Origin: a bacterium | Lineage (GTDB): Bacteria; Patescibacteriota; Minisyncoccia; Phycocordibacterales; UBA5272 | Reading direction: 5' to 3' | NCBI GenBank assembly: GCA_027482685.1 | Contig: JAIXVU010000001.1 | Location: forward strand, 11 to 64,010 | Length of the DNA: 64,000 bases | Part shown: positions 55,818 through 64,000 of the stretch, piece after piece | Layout of the letters: the number at the start of each line of letters is the position of its first letter | How positions within the stretch are numbered: the stretch's first letter is position 1 | Notes under the pieces: generated by a model | Seen by the model: only the letters and a program-made list of their open reading frames with translations | Database searches by the model: none | What the model was told of the DNA's origin: nothing | Translations under genes and position numbers: made by a program

Positions 55818-57068
55818 ATGAAAGTATCTCGTAAGACATGGTGTATACATAGTGTAGTTGTGGCTTTTTTTGTTATTGCTCCTATTTCGACCGTATTTGC
55901 AGTAACGACTAAGCCTACTTCATCAACTACTACAAAGAAATCCTCACCACAACATGTCTCTGCCAAGAAACAACAACCACAGTTACAATCTAGGGTACCT
56001 TTTGATGTTGCTATCTGGATACCGTATTGGAGAAAAGAAGAGGGGGCAAGTTCAACACTTCAACACTTAGATAAAGTTACTCAGATTAGCCCATTTGCAT
56101 ATGAACTACAACTTGATGGCAGTATAAAAGACGCACTTAAGGCAACCGAGGAACCGTGGACTACCCTCATTACCGAAGCAAGAAAAAAGAATGTAAAGAT
56201 CTATCCAAGTATTTTGTCATATCCAAAAAATCAAACAGAAAAGCAAGCTCAGCTCGACCTTCTCTCCAACAAAAAAAGACGCCAAGCTCATGTTAAAGAA
56301 ATAGTAGTCCTGGTGAAGGTAAACAAGTTTGATGGTATCGATATTGATTACGAAGCGAAACTTGCAGAAGCAAAGCCTCACTTTAGTGCATTTCTAACAG
56401 AATTAAGTGCTGCACTTAAAAAAGAAAAGAAACAGCTTATTTGTACAGTTGAACCACGCACACCACCGGATGCTCGGTATGCAACAACCTCAAAAGAAGT
56501 GTTGTCAAAAGTTGAGTATGCAAATGATTATAAGGTGATAGGAAAGGTATGTGATCAGGTACGTATTATGACCTATGATCAAATAGGGGATGATCTTCAA
56601 CTTGTCTATCAGAATAGAAATGCAGGTAATCTGTATCGACCTGTTGCTGACATTGAGTGGGTAGAAAAAGTCGCAACACTAGCACTTCGTGATATTCCCT
56701 CACGTAAGATTATCCTTGGAGTGGCAACATATGGATACAAGTATGAAATAGTACCTGCTAGTGCAACAACTTCTATTCGTTACCCTCGTATCGGCTCGAT
56801 GAATTTTTTTTATGCTGACGAACTAGCTCGTAACTTAGGTATCACTCCAACTCGTAACATTGCCGGTGAGCTTAGTTACGTATACAGTACTTCAACAGAT
56901 ATCTATGGTGGGTACGTAGGTGGAATGAAGCAGTATCTGATATGGTATTCAGATTCTGTAGCTATAGCTCAGAAAGTCCGTCTTGCAAAATTGTATAAGC
57001 TAGGAGGTGTATCAGTGTTTAAGATAGATGGTGGGCATGACCCGAATGTGTGGAATGTGATTAAATAA
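55818..57068 (+). CDS. Secreted glycoside hydrolase family 18 (chitinase/peptidoglycan-hydrolase-like) protein with Thr-rich linker
   Basis: Signal peptide, a T/S-rich spacer (TTKPTSSTTTKKSS) and the GH18 catalytic motif DGIDIDYE. MTYDQIGD is also present. Confidence 0.75.
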   Translation: MKVSRKTWCIHSVVVAFFVIAPISTVFAVTTKPTSSTTTKKSSPQHVSAKKQQPQLQSRVPFDVAIWIPYWRKEEGASSTLQHLDKVTQISPFAYELQLDGSIKDALKATEEPWTTLITEARKKNVKIYPSILSYPKNQTEKQAQLDLLSNKKRRQAHVKEIVVLVKVNKFDGIDIDYEAKLAEAKPHFSAFLTELSAALKKEKKQLICTVEPRTPPDARYATTSKEVLSKVEYANDYKVIGKVCDQVRIMTYDQIGDDLQLVYQNRNAGNLYRPVADIEWVEKVATLALRDIPSRKIILGVATYGYKYEIVPASATTSIRYPRIGSMNFFYADELARNLGITPTRNIAGELSYVYSTSTDIYGGYVGGMKQYLIWYSDSVAIAQKVRLAKLYKLGGVSVFKIDGGHDPNVWNVIK

Positions 57069-57099
57069 CGGCTCTTCTTGCATGGTACACTAGTATCAT

Positions 57100-57834
57100 A
57101 TGAATACTGATGAAAAATTCACAGTAAAGCTCGAACGTTTTGAAGGACCATATCCTAAACTACTTGAGCTTATTGAGCAGAGAAAACTTTCTATTACAGA
57201 AGTTTCTCTGGTTACGGTTGCTGATGATTACATTACCTACATTAAGACACTTGATCAAAAAAATCTAATTGATATCTCACAATTTATCCTTGTTGCGTCT
57301 ACTCTTATGCTCATGAAGGCAAAGTCGCTTTTGCCAGGAGTAACGTATACAGAAGAAGAAGAGAAGCAGGTGCATGATCTTGAGCGTAAGCTTGCACTTC
57401 ATTCTGTTCTTTTAGCTTCTGTTGAGCGTACTAAGAGCATATACGGTAAAACAGTTCTCTACGGCAGAACGAGAATATCGTATAAAGGAGGAGAGGCATT
57501 CGTCCCTGATGAACGCATCAATAAAGATATCTTACTTTCTGTTGCGTTACTCACACTTGCCTCTTTTGTTACACCAAAAGAACTTGTAAAAGTTGCAGTA
57601 GAGCAAGCGCTACGTATTGAGACAGTTATAGAGAAGTTATTAGAGAGAGTCCGTACCATGCACGCTCTCACACTACAGAGTTTAAGCAATGGTGCAGAGA
57701 CGGTAGAAGAACGTAAGAAATTGCTTATTGTTAACTTTATTGCCATGCTCGAGCTTCTTCGCAGTGGACAAATATACGTAGAACAAAAAGAATCAGGAGG
57801 TGAGATACAAATTCACAAAGCCACAACTCTTTAA
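57100..57834 (+). CDS. scpA: Segregation and condensation protein A
   Basis: LERFEGPYPKLLELIEQRKLSITEVSL and the ScpA kleisin N and C motifs. Confidence 0.85.
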   Translation: MNTDEKFTVKLERFEGPYPKLLELIEQRKLSITEVSLVTVADDYITYIKTLDQKNLIDISQFILVASTLMLMKAKSLLPGVTYTEEEEKQVHDLERKLALHSVLLASVERTKSIYGKTVLYGRTRISYKGGEAFVPDERINKDILLSVALLTLASFVTPKELVKVAVEQALRIETVIEKLLERVRTMHALTLQSLSNGAETVEERKKLLIVNFIAMLELLRSGQIYVEQKESGGEIQIHKATTL

Positions 57835-57854
57835 GATGATATACTAACTCTACT

Positions 57855-58361
57855 ATGCTCCAAAAGATTATTACTGTACTTTTTCTATCAGGGGATGCTC
57901 TCACAAAAGAAAGCATCGCGCGTATCTTGCAAGTAAATGCTGAAGAAATAGATAAGCATATAGAAGAGATTGATACGGCACTTCGTGGGATTGGTCTTTC
58001 ATTACTACAGACTGAGCTTGGTCTTACTATTGTTACACAGCCTCAGCAAGCAGCTACCGTAAAGTCTTTTTGGGAAGAAGAGCTAAAAGGCGAACTCACT
58101 CCAGCTGCCATTCAAGTTCTTACACTTGTTGCGTATCTTGGAAGTCCAACACGTGAAGAGATATCGTATATTCGTGGTGTACAGTCATCACAATCAATAC
58201 GAACACTTACTGTACGAGGACTCATTATGCGTGATGGAGAGAAGTGCATGCTAACAGAAGATGCTCTTAAGCAGTTAGGAGTTACCAAAGCAACACTTCT
58301 TCCAGACTATGAGTCTATCAATACCAGTCTTTCAGAAAAGTTGAAGGAGCGTGAAGGTTAG
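57855..58361 (+). CDS. scpB: Segregation and condensation protein B
   Basis: Tandem winged helices (LTLVAYLGSPTREEISYIRGVQSSQSIRTLTVRGLI). Confidence 0.85.
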   Translation: MLQKIITVLFLSGDALTKESIARILQVNAEEIDKHIEEIDTALRGIGLSLLQTELGLTIVTQPQQAATVKSFWEEELKGELTPAAIQVLTLVAYLGSPTREEISYIRGVQSSQSIRTLTVRGLIMRDGEKCMLTEDALKQLGVTKATLLPDYESINTSLSEKLKEREG

Positions 58362-58376
58362 AACAGTGTTAGTTGT

Positions 58377-59333
58377 ATGATTCCTCGACATTTCCGTCAT
58401 GATTATGTTCTTCTCCAGCTTATTTGTAGTCTTTCAGTTGTACTTACTATTGGACTTATTATATTTTTTTCATATACGAAAAGTATCAACTTAAGAAAAT
58501 TATCTGAAGCAGTTCTTCCAACATCAAAACAAACACAACCAGCATCTTTGTTTAATAAAAATAGTTTTTCTGATGTTACGACACAAGCACGTGCATATAT
58601 TGTGTATGATATCAATAAACAAGAGATTATTGCTTCAAAAAACAGTGACGAAGTTCTTCCTCTTGCGAGTTTGACAAAGGTTATGACAGCTGTTACTGCA
58701 CGCATGCATAGTGACCCAACTAAACAAGTTATTGTTACTGCAAATCCTATTGATGGCAACTATGATCTTGGGCTACAAAAGAATCAAGTCTGGAAGTTAA
58801 ATGAATTACTTAAATATACACTTCTTCTTTCTTCAAATGATGGAGCTTTTATGATAGCAAATGCTCTAGGCGGTGAATCATTTTTTATAGAGACTATGAA
58901 TACTGACGCACAGTCTCTTGGTCTTAGTACGCTTTCTTTTACTAATCCAGCCGGATTAGATAGCAGTACGACTCTTGGCGGTAAAGGAAGTGCTCTTGAT
59001 ACAGCTAAACTCTTAGCATATGCTACGCGTGAGTATCCAGAACTTTTTGATATAACAACAAAAAAAAGAGGTACTGTTACTGCGAATGGGGTTAAATTAA
59101 CTGGTATCCCAAATACTAATCAGTCGATAGATATGCTCACAGAAGCACAAGCTTCAAAAACAGGCTTTACTGACAGCGCTGGGGGTAATCTAGGAGTGGT
59201 TGTTGACGTTACGCTTGGTCGCCCGATTGTTATCCTTGTTCTTGGCTCTACAAAAGAAGAGAGGTTTAGTGACGTAGGCCTCCTCTATAAGAAACTTAAA
59301 GAAAGCATTGTTTCTGAGAGTCACGAGAAGTAG
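58377..59333 (+). CDS. dacA: D-alanyl-D-alanine carboxypeptidase (PBP5/6 family)
   Basis: Motifs SLTK (SxxK), SSND (SxN) and KTGF (KTG). N-terminal TM anchor. Confidence 0.85.
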   Translation: MIPRHFRHDYVLLQLICSLSVVLTIGLIIFFSYTKSINLRKLSEAVLPTSKQTQPASLFNKNSFSDVTTQARAYIVYDINKQEIIASKNSDEVLPLASLTKVMTAVTARMHSDPTKQVIVTANPIDGNYDLGLQKNQVWKLNELLKYTLLLSSNDGAFMIANALGGESFFIETMNTDAQSLGLSTLSFTNPAGLDSSTTLGGKGSALDTAKLLAYATREYPELFDITTKKRGTVTANGVKLTGIPNTNQSIDMLTEAQASKTGFTDSAGGNLGVVVDVTLGRPIVILVLGSTKEERFSDVGLLYKKLKESIVSESHEK

Positions 59334-59382
59334 AATAAGAAGTGTATAACCTAAAAACGCTCATGATATACTAATATTTACT

Positions 59383-60453
59383 ATGTTATTATCGCTTGAT
59401 CCGTTTAAGATACTTCTTCCTGCAGTAATTTCATTTTGTATAGGTATATTGATAGCTCCTCGTGTTATTAGACTCTTATCACATTATAAAGTTTGGAAAA
59501 AGAAAGCAATAACAAAGACAATTGATGGAAAAGATGCAACTATAACTGCATCACTTCACAACGATGAGAGCAAGCAACTTCTTCGTATGGGCGGAATTGT
59601 TATCTGGTTCTCGGTATTTTTTACAGCACTACTTTTTTGGTTTTTGTCGAAAATATATCCAACTGATGTTACAGAGAAGTTAGACTTTATCTCTCGTAAT
59701 CAGACATGGCTACCATTAGTTGGAATGTTAGTAGGAGCTATTGTCGGAGGGATTGATGATTTATTGGTATCACGAGTGTTTGGTAAAGTCGGTACATATA
59801 TTGGAGGAGGATTGTCATTTCCTATACGGCTAGGTGCAGTTGCTTCTATGGGCCTTTTTGCGGGACTTTGGTTTTATTTTAAACTAGGAGTTGCATCAGT
59901 ATATGTGCCATTTTATGGACCTATACTTATAGGCGGCTTTTTGTTTATAACCTTTTTTGTTATTGTCACCGTTGCACTTTTTTCTACGAGTGTGATTGAT
60001 GGGATAGACGGACTATCGGGCGGAATATTTAGTGCAATATTTTCAGCCTACGGAGCTATAGCATTTATCAATAACCAGATAGATATTGCAGCATTGTGTT
60101 TCGTTATTGCAGGGGGGATTATGGCTTTTCTGTGGTTTAATGTTCCACCGGCTTCATTTATGATGGGAGAGACGGGCGTAATGGCGACATTACTTGCATT
60201 GTCTGTTATTGTTTTTCTGACTGATGCAGTTTTGTATCTTTTAATTATTGCGCTTCCTCTCATTGTTACATCATTATCTGTCATCTTACAACTTTCTTGG
60301 AAAAAGTTTTTTAAGAGAAAGCTATTTCTTGTTGCTCCACTTCATCATCATTTTGAGGTTAAGGGTTGGGCTCGTCATACCATTGTGATGAGGTATTGGA
60401 TTGTATCGTATGTATGCGCACTTCTTGGGGTGGTGATTGTACTTGTTAGTTAA
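59383..60453 (+). CDS. mraY: Phospho-N-acetylmuramoyl-pentapeptide transferase MraY
   Basis: 10 TM helices. GIDDLL... and DGIDGLSGG motifs of the PNPT superfamily. Confidence 0.88.
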   Translation: MLLSLDPFKILLPAVISFCIGILIAPRVIRLLSHYKVWKKKAITKTIDGKDATITASLHNDESKQLLRMGGIVIWFSVFFTALLFWFLSKIYPTDVTEKLDFISRNQTWLPLVGMLVGAIVGGIDDLLVSRVFGKVGTYIGGGLSFPIRLGAVASMGLFAGLWFYFKLGVASVYVPFYGPILIGGFLFITFFVIVTVALFSTSVIDGIDGLSGGIFSAIFSAYGAIAFINNQIDIAALCFVIAGGIMAFLWFNVPPASFMMGETGVMATLLALSVIVFLTDAVLYLLIIALPLIVTSLSVILQLSWKKFFKRKLFLVAPLHHHFEVKGWARHTIVMRYWIVSYVCALLGVVIVLVS

Positions 60454-60459
60454 GCATCT

Positions 60460-61563
60460 ATGTTATCAAGAATTGATAAAACGCTTTTTATTACGGTTGT
60501 TATTATTTTAATCTCAGGGTTGCTATTTTTCGGTTCGGCTGCACTGGGGGTGCTTGCAAGCAATGAGGCAAAGTTTTATGGGATTATAGAAAATCAACTA
60601 ATCTATGCTTTTTTAGGCGGGTCACTTGCGTTGTTTTTGGGTATGTCGATTCCGTATCAATTATATAAAAAGTATGCATACGTACTTTTTGCTTTTTCTT
60701 TAGTGGTCACATCTCTTGTATTTGTACCAGGTCTTTCTATGTATCATGGTGGAGCGCACAGATGGATAGATTTAGGCCCCATTACTATTCAACCGAGTGA
60801 ATTCATGAAGTTTTGTTTTGTTGTTGTTGTTGCGTACTGGTGTAGCACATATAGGCATCTTTTTAAGAACTGGAAGTATGGACTGCTACCTTATGTTCTA
60901 GCGGGAGGACTTGTATCATTGTTATTGTTACTTCAGCCTGATTTCGGTACATATACGATTATTATGGCTTCATCGTTTGTTGTTTACTTTGTTGGAGGTG
61001 CTCGCAAGAAACATATTTATATCCTTCTTTTGCTTGCAGTGGTTGGCGCTGTTTTACTTATATCTGCTCGACCGTATATGTTGGAACGTGTTAAGACATT
61101 TTTTAATAATGAGTATGATCCTCACGGGGCATCATATCAACTACGGCAAGGGCTTATTGCTCTTGGAAGTGGGGGGCTTACTGGACGAGGTCTTGGGCAA
61201 AGTGTGCAAAAGTTTAATTATTTACCAGAGCCGATTGGAGATTCTATTCTTGCCGTTATTGGGGAAGAGCTTGGTTTTCTTGGGGTTGCGTATGTTGTTA
61301 TTCTCTATGGTATAGTAGGTAGGCGGGGATACTATATCTCAGTACATGCGGGTGACCAATTTGGAAGACTTCTGGCTATCGGAATAACTGTTATCATATT
61401 AACTCAAGCAATGATTAACATTATGTCTATGATCAAACTTTTCCCTCTTACAGGAGTACCTCTTCCTCTTATTTCGCATGGAGGAACAGCACTTATGGTT
61501 GTATTATTCCAGCTTGGTGTACTTCTTAATATTTCAAAATCATCTGATCAAAATCTTGTATGA
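60460..61563 (+). CDS. ftsW: SEDS-family peptidoglycan glycosyltransferase FtsW/RodA
   Basis: Polytopic membrane protein with the SEDS signature (PSEFMKF, GIPLPLISHGGTA), located between mraY and murG. Confidence 0.88.
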   Translation: MLSRIDKTLFITVVIILISGLLFFGSAALGVLASNEAKFYGIIENQLIYAFLGGSLALFLGMSIPYQLYKKYAYVLFAFSLVVTSLVFVPGLSMYHGGAHRWIDLGPITIQPSEFMKFCFVVVVAYWCSTYRHLFKNWKYGLLPYVLAGGLVSLLLLLQPDFGTYTIIMASSFVVYFVGGARKKHIYILLLLAVVGAVLLISARPYMLERVKTFFNNEYDPHGASYQLRQGLIALGSGGLTGRGLGQSVQKFNYLPEPIGDSILAVIGEELGFLGVAYVVILYGIVGRRGYYISVHAGDQFGRLLAIGITVIILTQAMINIMSMIKLFPLTGVPLPLISHGGTALMVVLFQLGVLLNISKSSDQNLV

Positions 61564-62666
61564 AAATACTACTAACAGGCGCAGGAGGAGGACATTTCAC
61601 ACCGCTTATAGCAGTAGCTGAACGGGTGCGTAAAGAGGTTTTCGTACAAAAAATCGTCCCACCAGAGCTATATTTTATGTCCGATAGACCCTATGACGAA
61701 AAAGCCCTCTCACAGAATCAGATAACATTCATTCAAGTTCCTGCTGGTAAACTTCGTCTTTATCCGTCACTTGAGACTATCCCTGATATTTTCAAAACTA
61801 TCTGGGGGTGCATTGTTGCTCTAAAAAAAATGTACTCCCTCTATCCAGATGTTATATTTGCAAAAGGGGGGTATGCTAGCTTTCCGGCGCTCTTTGCTGC
61901 GCGTATTTTATCTATTCCTGTAATTGTCCATGAAAGTGATACGGTGCCGGGAAGGACTACACTTTGGGCTGGGAAGTTCGCATCACGTGTAGCACTTTCA
62001 TATCCCGAGGCATCGCACGCCTATCGACGTGATGTCGTTGCATTAACAGGCCAACCTATTCGTGAGGCCCTGCTTCCACCAGAAGGATATACACGTAATT
62101 ATGGAAATAAAGAACGCCCTCTTATTCTTATCTTAGGTGGTTCACAGGGTAGTGCGGTTATTAACTCTCTTATAGCCGGCCTACTTCCTGATCTTCTTAA
62201 TAAATATGATGTTGTCCATCAAACAGGGGATACAAATGCAGATACAATGAAAGAACTTGTAAAAGAGACAATAACTACACATCCCTTTAAAGATCACTAT
62301 TTTGCAGCTGGGTATATCGATACTGGACTTTTTTACCCAAAAGCTGATATGGTTATTACTCGCGCCGGATCATCAATGTTTGAGATGGCGCTTTGGCAGT
62401 TACCAATGCTTGTTATTCCGATTCCAGAGACTATAAGTCGTGATCAGATAACTAACGCATACGCAATGGCTGGGAAGGGGACTGCTCTTGTACTTGAGGA
62501 AAATAACTTAGGTAAGACTCTTGTCCTTGAAGAAGTTTCACGTATCCTTGAAGACAAGGATACGTATGCAAAGATGTCACAAGCAGGCCTTCAGTTCGAG
62601 AACTCTCGCACTGCAGCAACAGTAATTGCTCGAGAACTTATTAGAATTGGGTTAAGCCATGCATAA
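61560..62666 (+). CDS. murG: UDP-N-acetylglucosamine--N-acetylmuramyl-(pentapeptide) pyrophosphoryl-undecaprenol N-acetylglucosamine transferase MurG
   Basis: N-terminal GGGHFTP glycine-rich loop, GGSQG and the GT-B fold. Confidence 0.9.
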   Translation: MKILLTGAGGGHFTPLIAVAERVRKEVFVQKIVPPELYFMSDRPYDEKALSQNQITFIQVPAGKLRLYPSLETIPDIFKTIWGCIVALKKMYSLYPDVIFAKGGYASFPALFAARILSIPVIVHESDTVPGRTTLWAGKFASRVALSYPEASHAYRRDVVALTGQPIREALLPPEGYTRNYGNKERPLILILGGSQGSAVINSLIAGLLPDLLNKYDVVHQTGDTNADTMKELVKETITTHPFKDHYFAAGYIDTGLFYPKADMVITRAGSSMFEMALWQLPMLVIPIPETISRDQITNAYAMAGKGTALVLEENNLGKTLVLEEVSRILEDKDTYAKMSQAGLQFENSRTAATVIARELIRIGLSHA

Positions 62667-62682
62667 GTGTATAAAAAAATTT

Positions 62683-64000
62683 ATGATCGAAGATTTAACA
62701 CCATCACATTCTATCGTTACCAGATTCGCTCCAAGTCCAACTGGTTTACTTCATCTCGGTAACTATCGCACTGCAATATTTGCATATCTTTATGCTCGTC
62801 GTCATCAAGGGAAGTTCATTCTTCGTATTGAAGATACCGACAGAGCACGTAGTACTAAGGAGTATGAAGATAATATTATAGAAAGTCTCGCGTGGCTTGG
62901 ACTTTCGTATGATGAACGATATCGTCAAAGTGAGCACATCGAAGAACACACAAAATGTTTGCAAAAATTAATAGATGAAGGTAAGGCATATATTAGCGAA
63001 GAAGCTGCAAAAGATGGCAGTGGAGTAGTAAAGTCAATAGTACGTTTCAAGAATCCTAACAAAAAAGTTGTTTTCAAGGATGAGATACGAGGCGTAATAG
63101 AAACAGATACAACTGACCTTGGAGATTTTGTTATAGCAAAATCAATAACTGAGCCACTTTTCCATCTTGCTGTAGTGGTTGATGATCATAATGAAGGAGT
63201 AACTCATGTTATACGTGGTGAAGATCATATACCAAATACCCCACGTCAAATTCTTATTGCAGAGGCACTTGGTTTCTCACCACCATCGTATGCACATCTC
63301 CCGCTTGTTTTATCTGAAGACAGAACTAAGCTTTCAAAGCGTAAAGGTGCTCTTCCTGTAACCGCGTATCGTGATATGGGATATTTGCCAGAGGCTATTC
63401 TTAACTTCATGGCATTTATTGGTTGGAATCCAGGTGGAGAACGTGAGATCTACACACTTGCTGAGCTTGTTGAGTTATTTGATTTTGAAAAGATTCATAA
63501 AGGTGGAGCAATTTTCAATAAAGAAAAACTTTCATGGATGAATAAGGAGCATATGCGGTTAAAGACCACAGAAGAGAATCTTCATAATGTAAAAAAACAC
63601 ATGTCAGAATATAGCGATGATATTCTTCAGAAACTTCTTCCAACGATTATTGATCGTGTCTCATCATATGGGGAGTTATCTGGTATCAAAGATAGTGAGT
63701 TTGGATTTTTTATCAAACGCCCTTTAGTCGATATCTCAAAAGTCATATGGAAGGATGATGAGTCTTATATAACAATTAATCATCTAGAAGCTGTGTATGA
63801 CATTTTGCAAAACACTAACTTTGATACGATAGAAGGTATTAAACAGGCCATCATGGCCTACGCAGAGATACACGGAAAAGGAAGTGTGCTCTGGCCACTA
63901 CGAATGTCTCTTTCAGGACAAGAAAAGTCTGTTGATCCTTTTACAATTCTCTATGTTCTTGGTCGCGAAGAATCATGTGCGCGTATTTCAGAAGTAATTA
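62683..64000 (+). CDS. gltX: Glutamyl-tRNA synthetase (3' end beyond window)
   Basis: RFAPSPTGLLHLGN (HIGH) and KLSKRKG (KMSKS). The ORF is open to the window end. Confidence 0.9.
   Translation, partial: MIEDLTPSHSIVTRFAPSPTGLLHLGNYRTAIFAYLYARRHQGKFILRIEDTDRARSTKEYEDNIIESLAWLGLSYDERYRQSEHIEEHTKCLQKLIDEGKAYISEEAAKDGSGVVKSIVRFKNPNKKVVFKDEIRGVIETDTTDLGDFVIAKSITEPLFHLAVVVDDHNEGVTHVIRGEDHIPNTPRQILIAEALGFSPPSYAHLPLVLSEDRTKLSKRKGALPVTAYRDMGYLPEAILNFMAFIGWNPGGEREIYTLAELVELFDFEKIHKGGAIFNKEKLSWMNKEHMRLKTTEENLHNVKKHMSEYSDDILQKLLPTIIDRVSSYGELSGIKDSEFGFFIKRPLVDISKVIWKDDESYITINHLEAVYDILQNTNFDTIEGIKQAIMAYAEIHGKGSVLWPLRMSLSGQEKSVDPFTILYVLGREESCARISEVI

Overview
This window looks like a low-GC (about 36-40%) reduced bacterial chromosome with Candidate-Phyla-Radiation/Patescibacteria character. 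Supporting signs are dense housekeeping genes, truncated aminoacyl-tRNA synthetases (AlaRS 630 aa, AspRS 469 aa), and most core genes lacking a Shine-Dalgarno sequence. Core content: a partial tRNA-Asn, hpf, cyclophilin, def/fmt, a PriA with degenerate ATPase motifs, two MreB paralogs with mreC and PBP2, holB, frr, rseP, ProRS/LysRS/AlaRS/TrpRS/AspRS and partial GluRS, greA, and a split dcw cluster (mraZ-rsmH-ftsL-ftsI at 21-24.6 kb; dac-mraY-ftsW-murG at 58-62.7 kb). Also present: infA-rpmJ-rpsM-rpsK-rpsD-rpoA-rplQ-rplM-rpsI, grpE-dnaK-dnaJ, scpAB, a class II photolyase, an ECF sigma/anti-sigma pair, a GGDEF cyclase, a RhuM-Fic/Doc toxin-like gene and a secreted GH18 hydrolase. Features not explained by standard annotation: (1) a family of GC-rich palindromic hairpins with a conserved GTAG loop used as bidirectional terminators, one copy lying in-frame inside holB and one with a perfect 28-bp stem. 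(2) A telomere-like CCCTAA/CCTCTAGCCC leader motif directly 5' of at least six start codons. (3) A roughly 100-nt repeated 3'-UTR element with a covarying hairpin after ychF, alaS and the methyltransferase gene. (4) About ten small GC-rich ORFs (42-50% GC), most with strong SD sequences and private terminators, dropped singly between AT-rich SD-less core genes. (5) A roughly 270-nt GC-rich candidate ncRNA or riboswitch-like leader between ftsI and the photolyase gene. (6) A textbook MraZ operator (TGGGN-N5 x3) at the mraZ promoter. (7) A Cheo-box-like GAAC-N4-GTTC palindrome in front of the RhuM-Fic/Doc gene. (8) A (TTAACTA)x5 heptad tract in a divergent promoter region. No CRISPR array, rRNA or clear transposase is visible.
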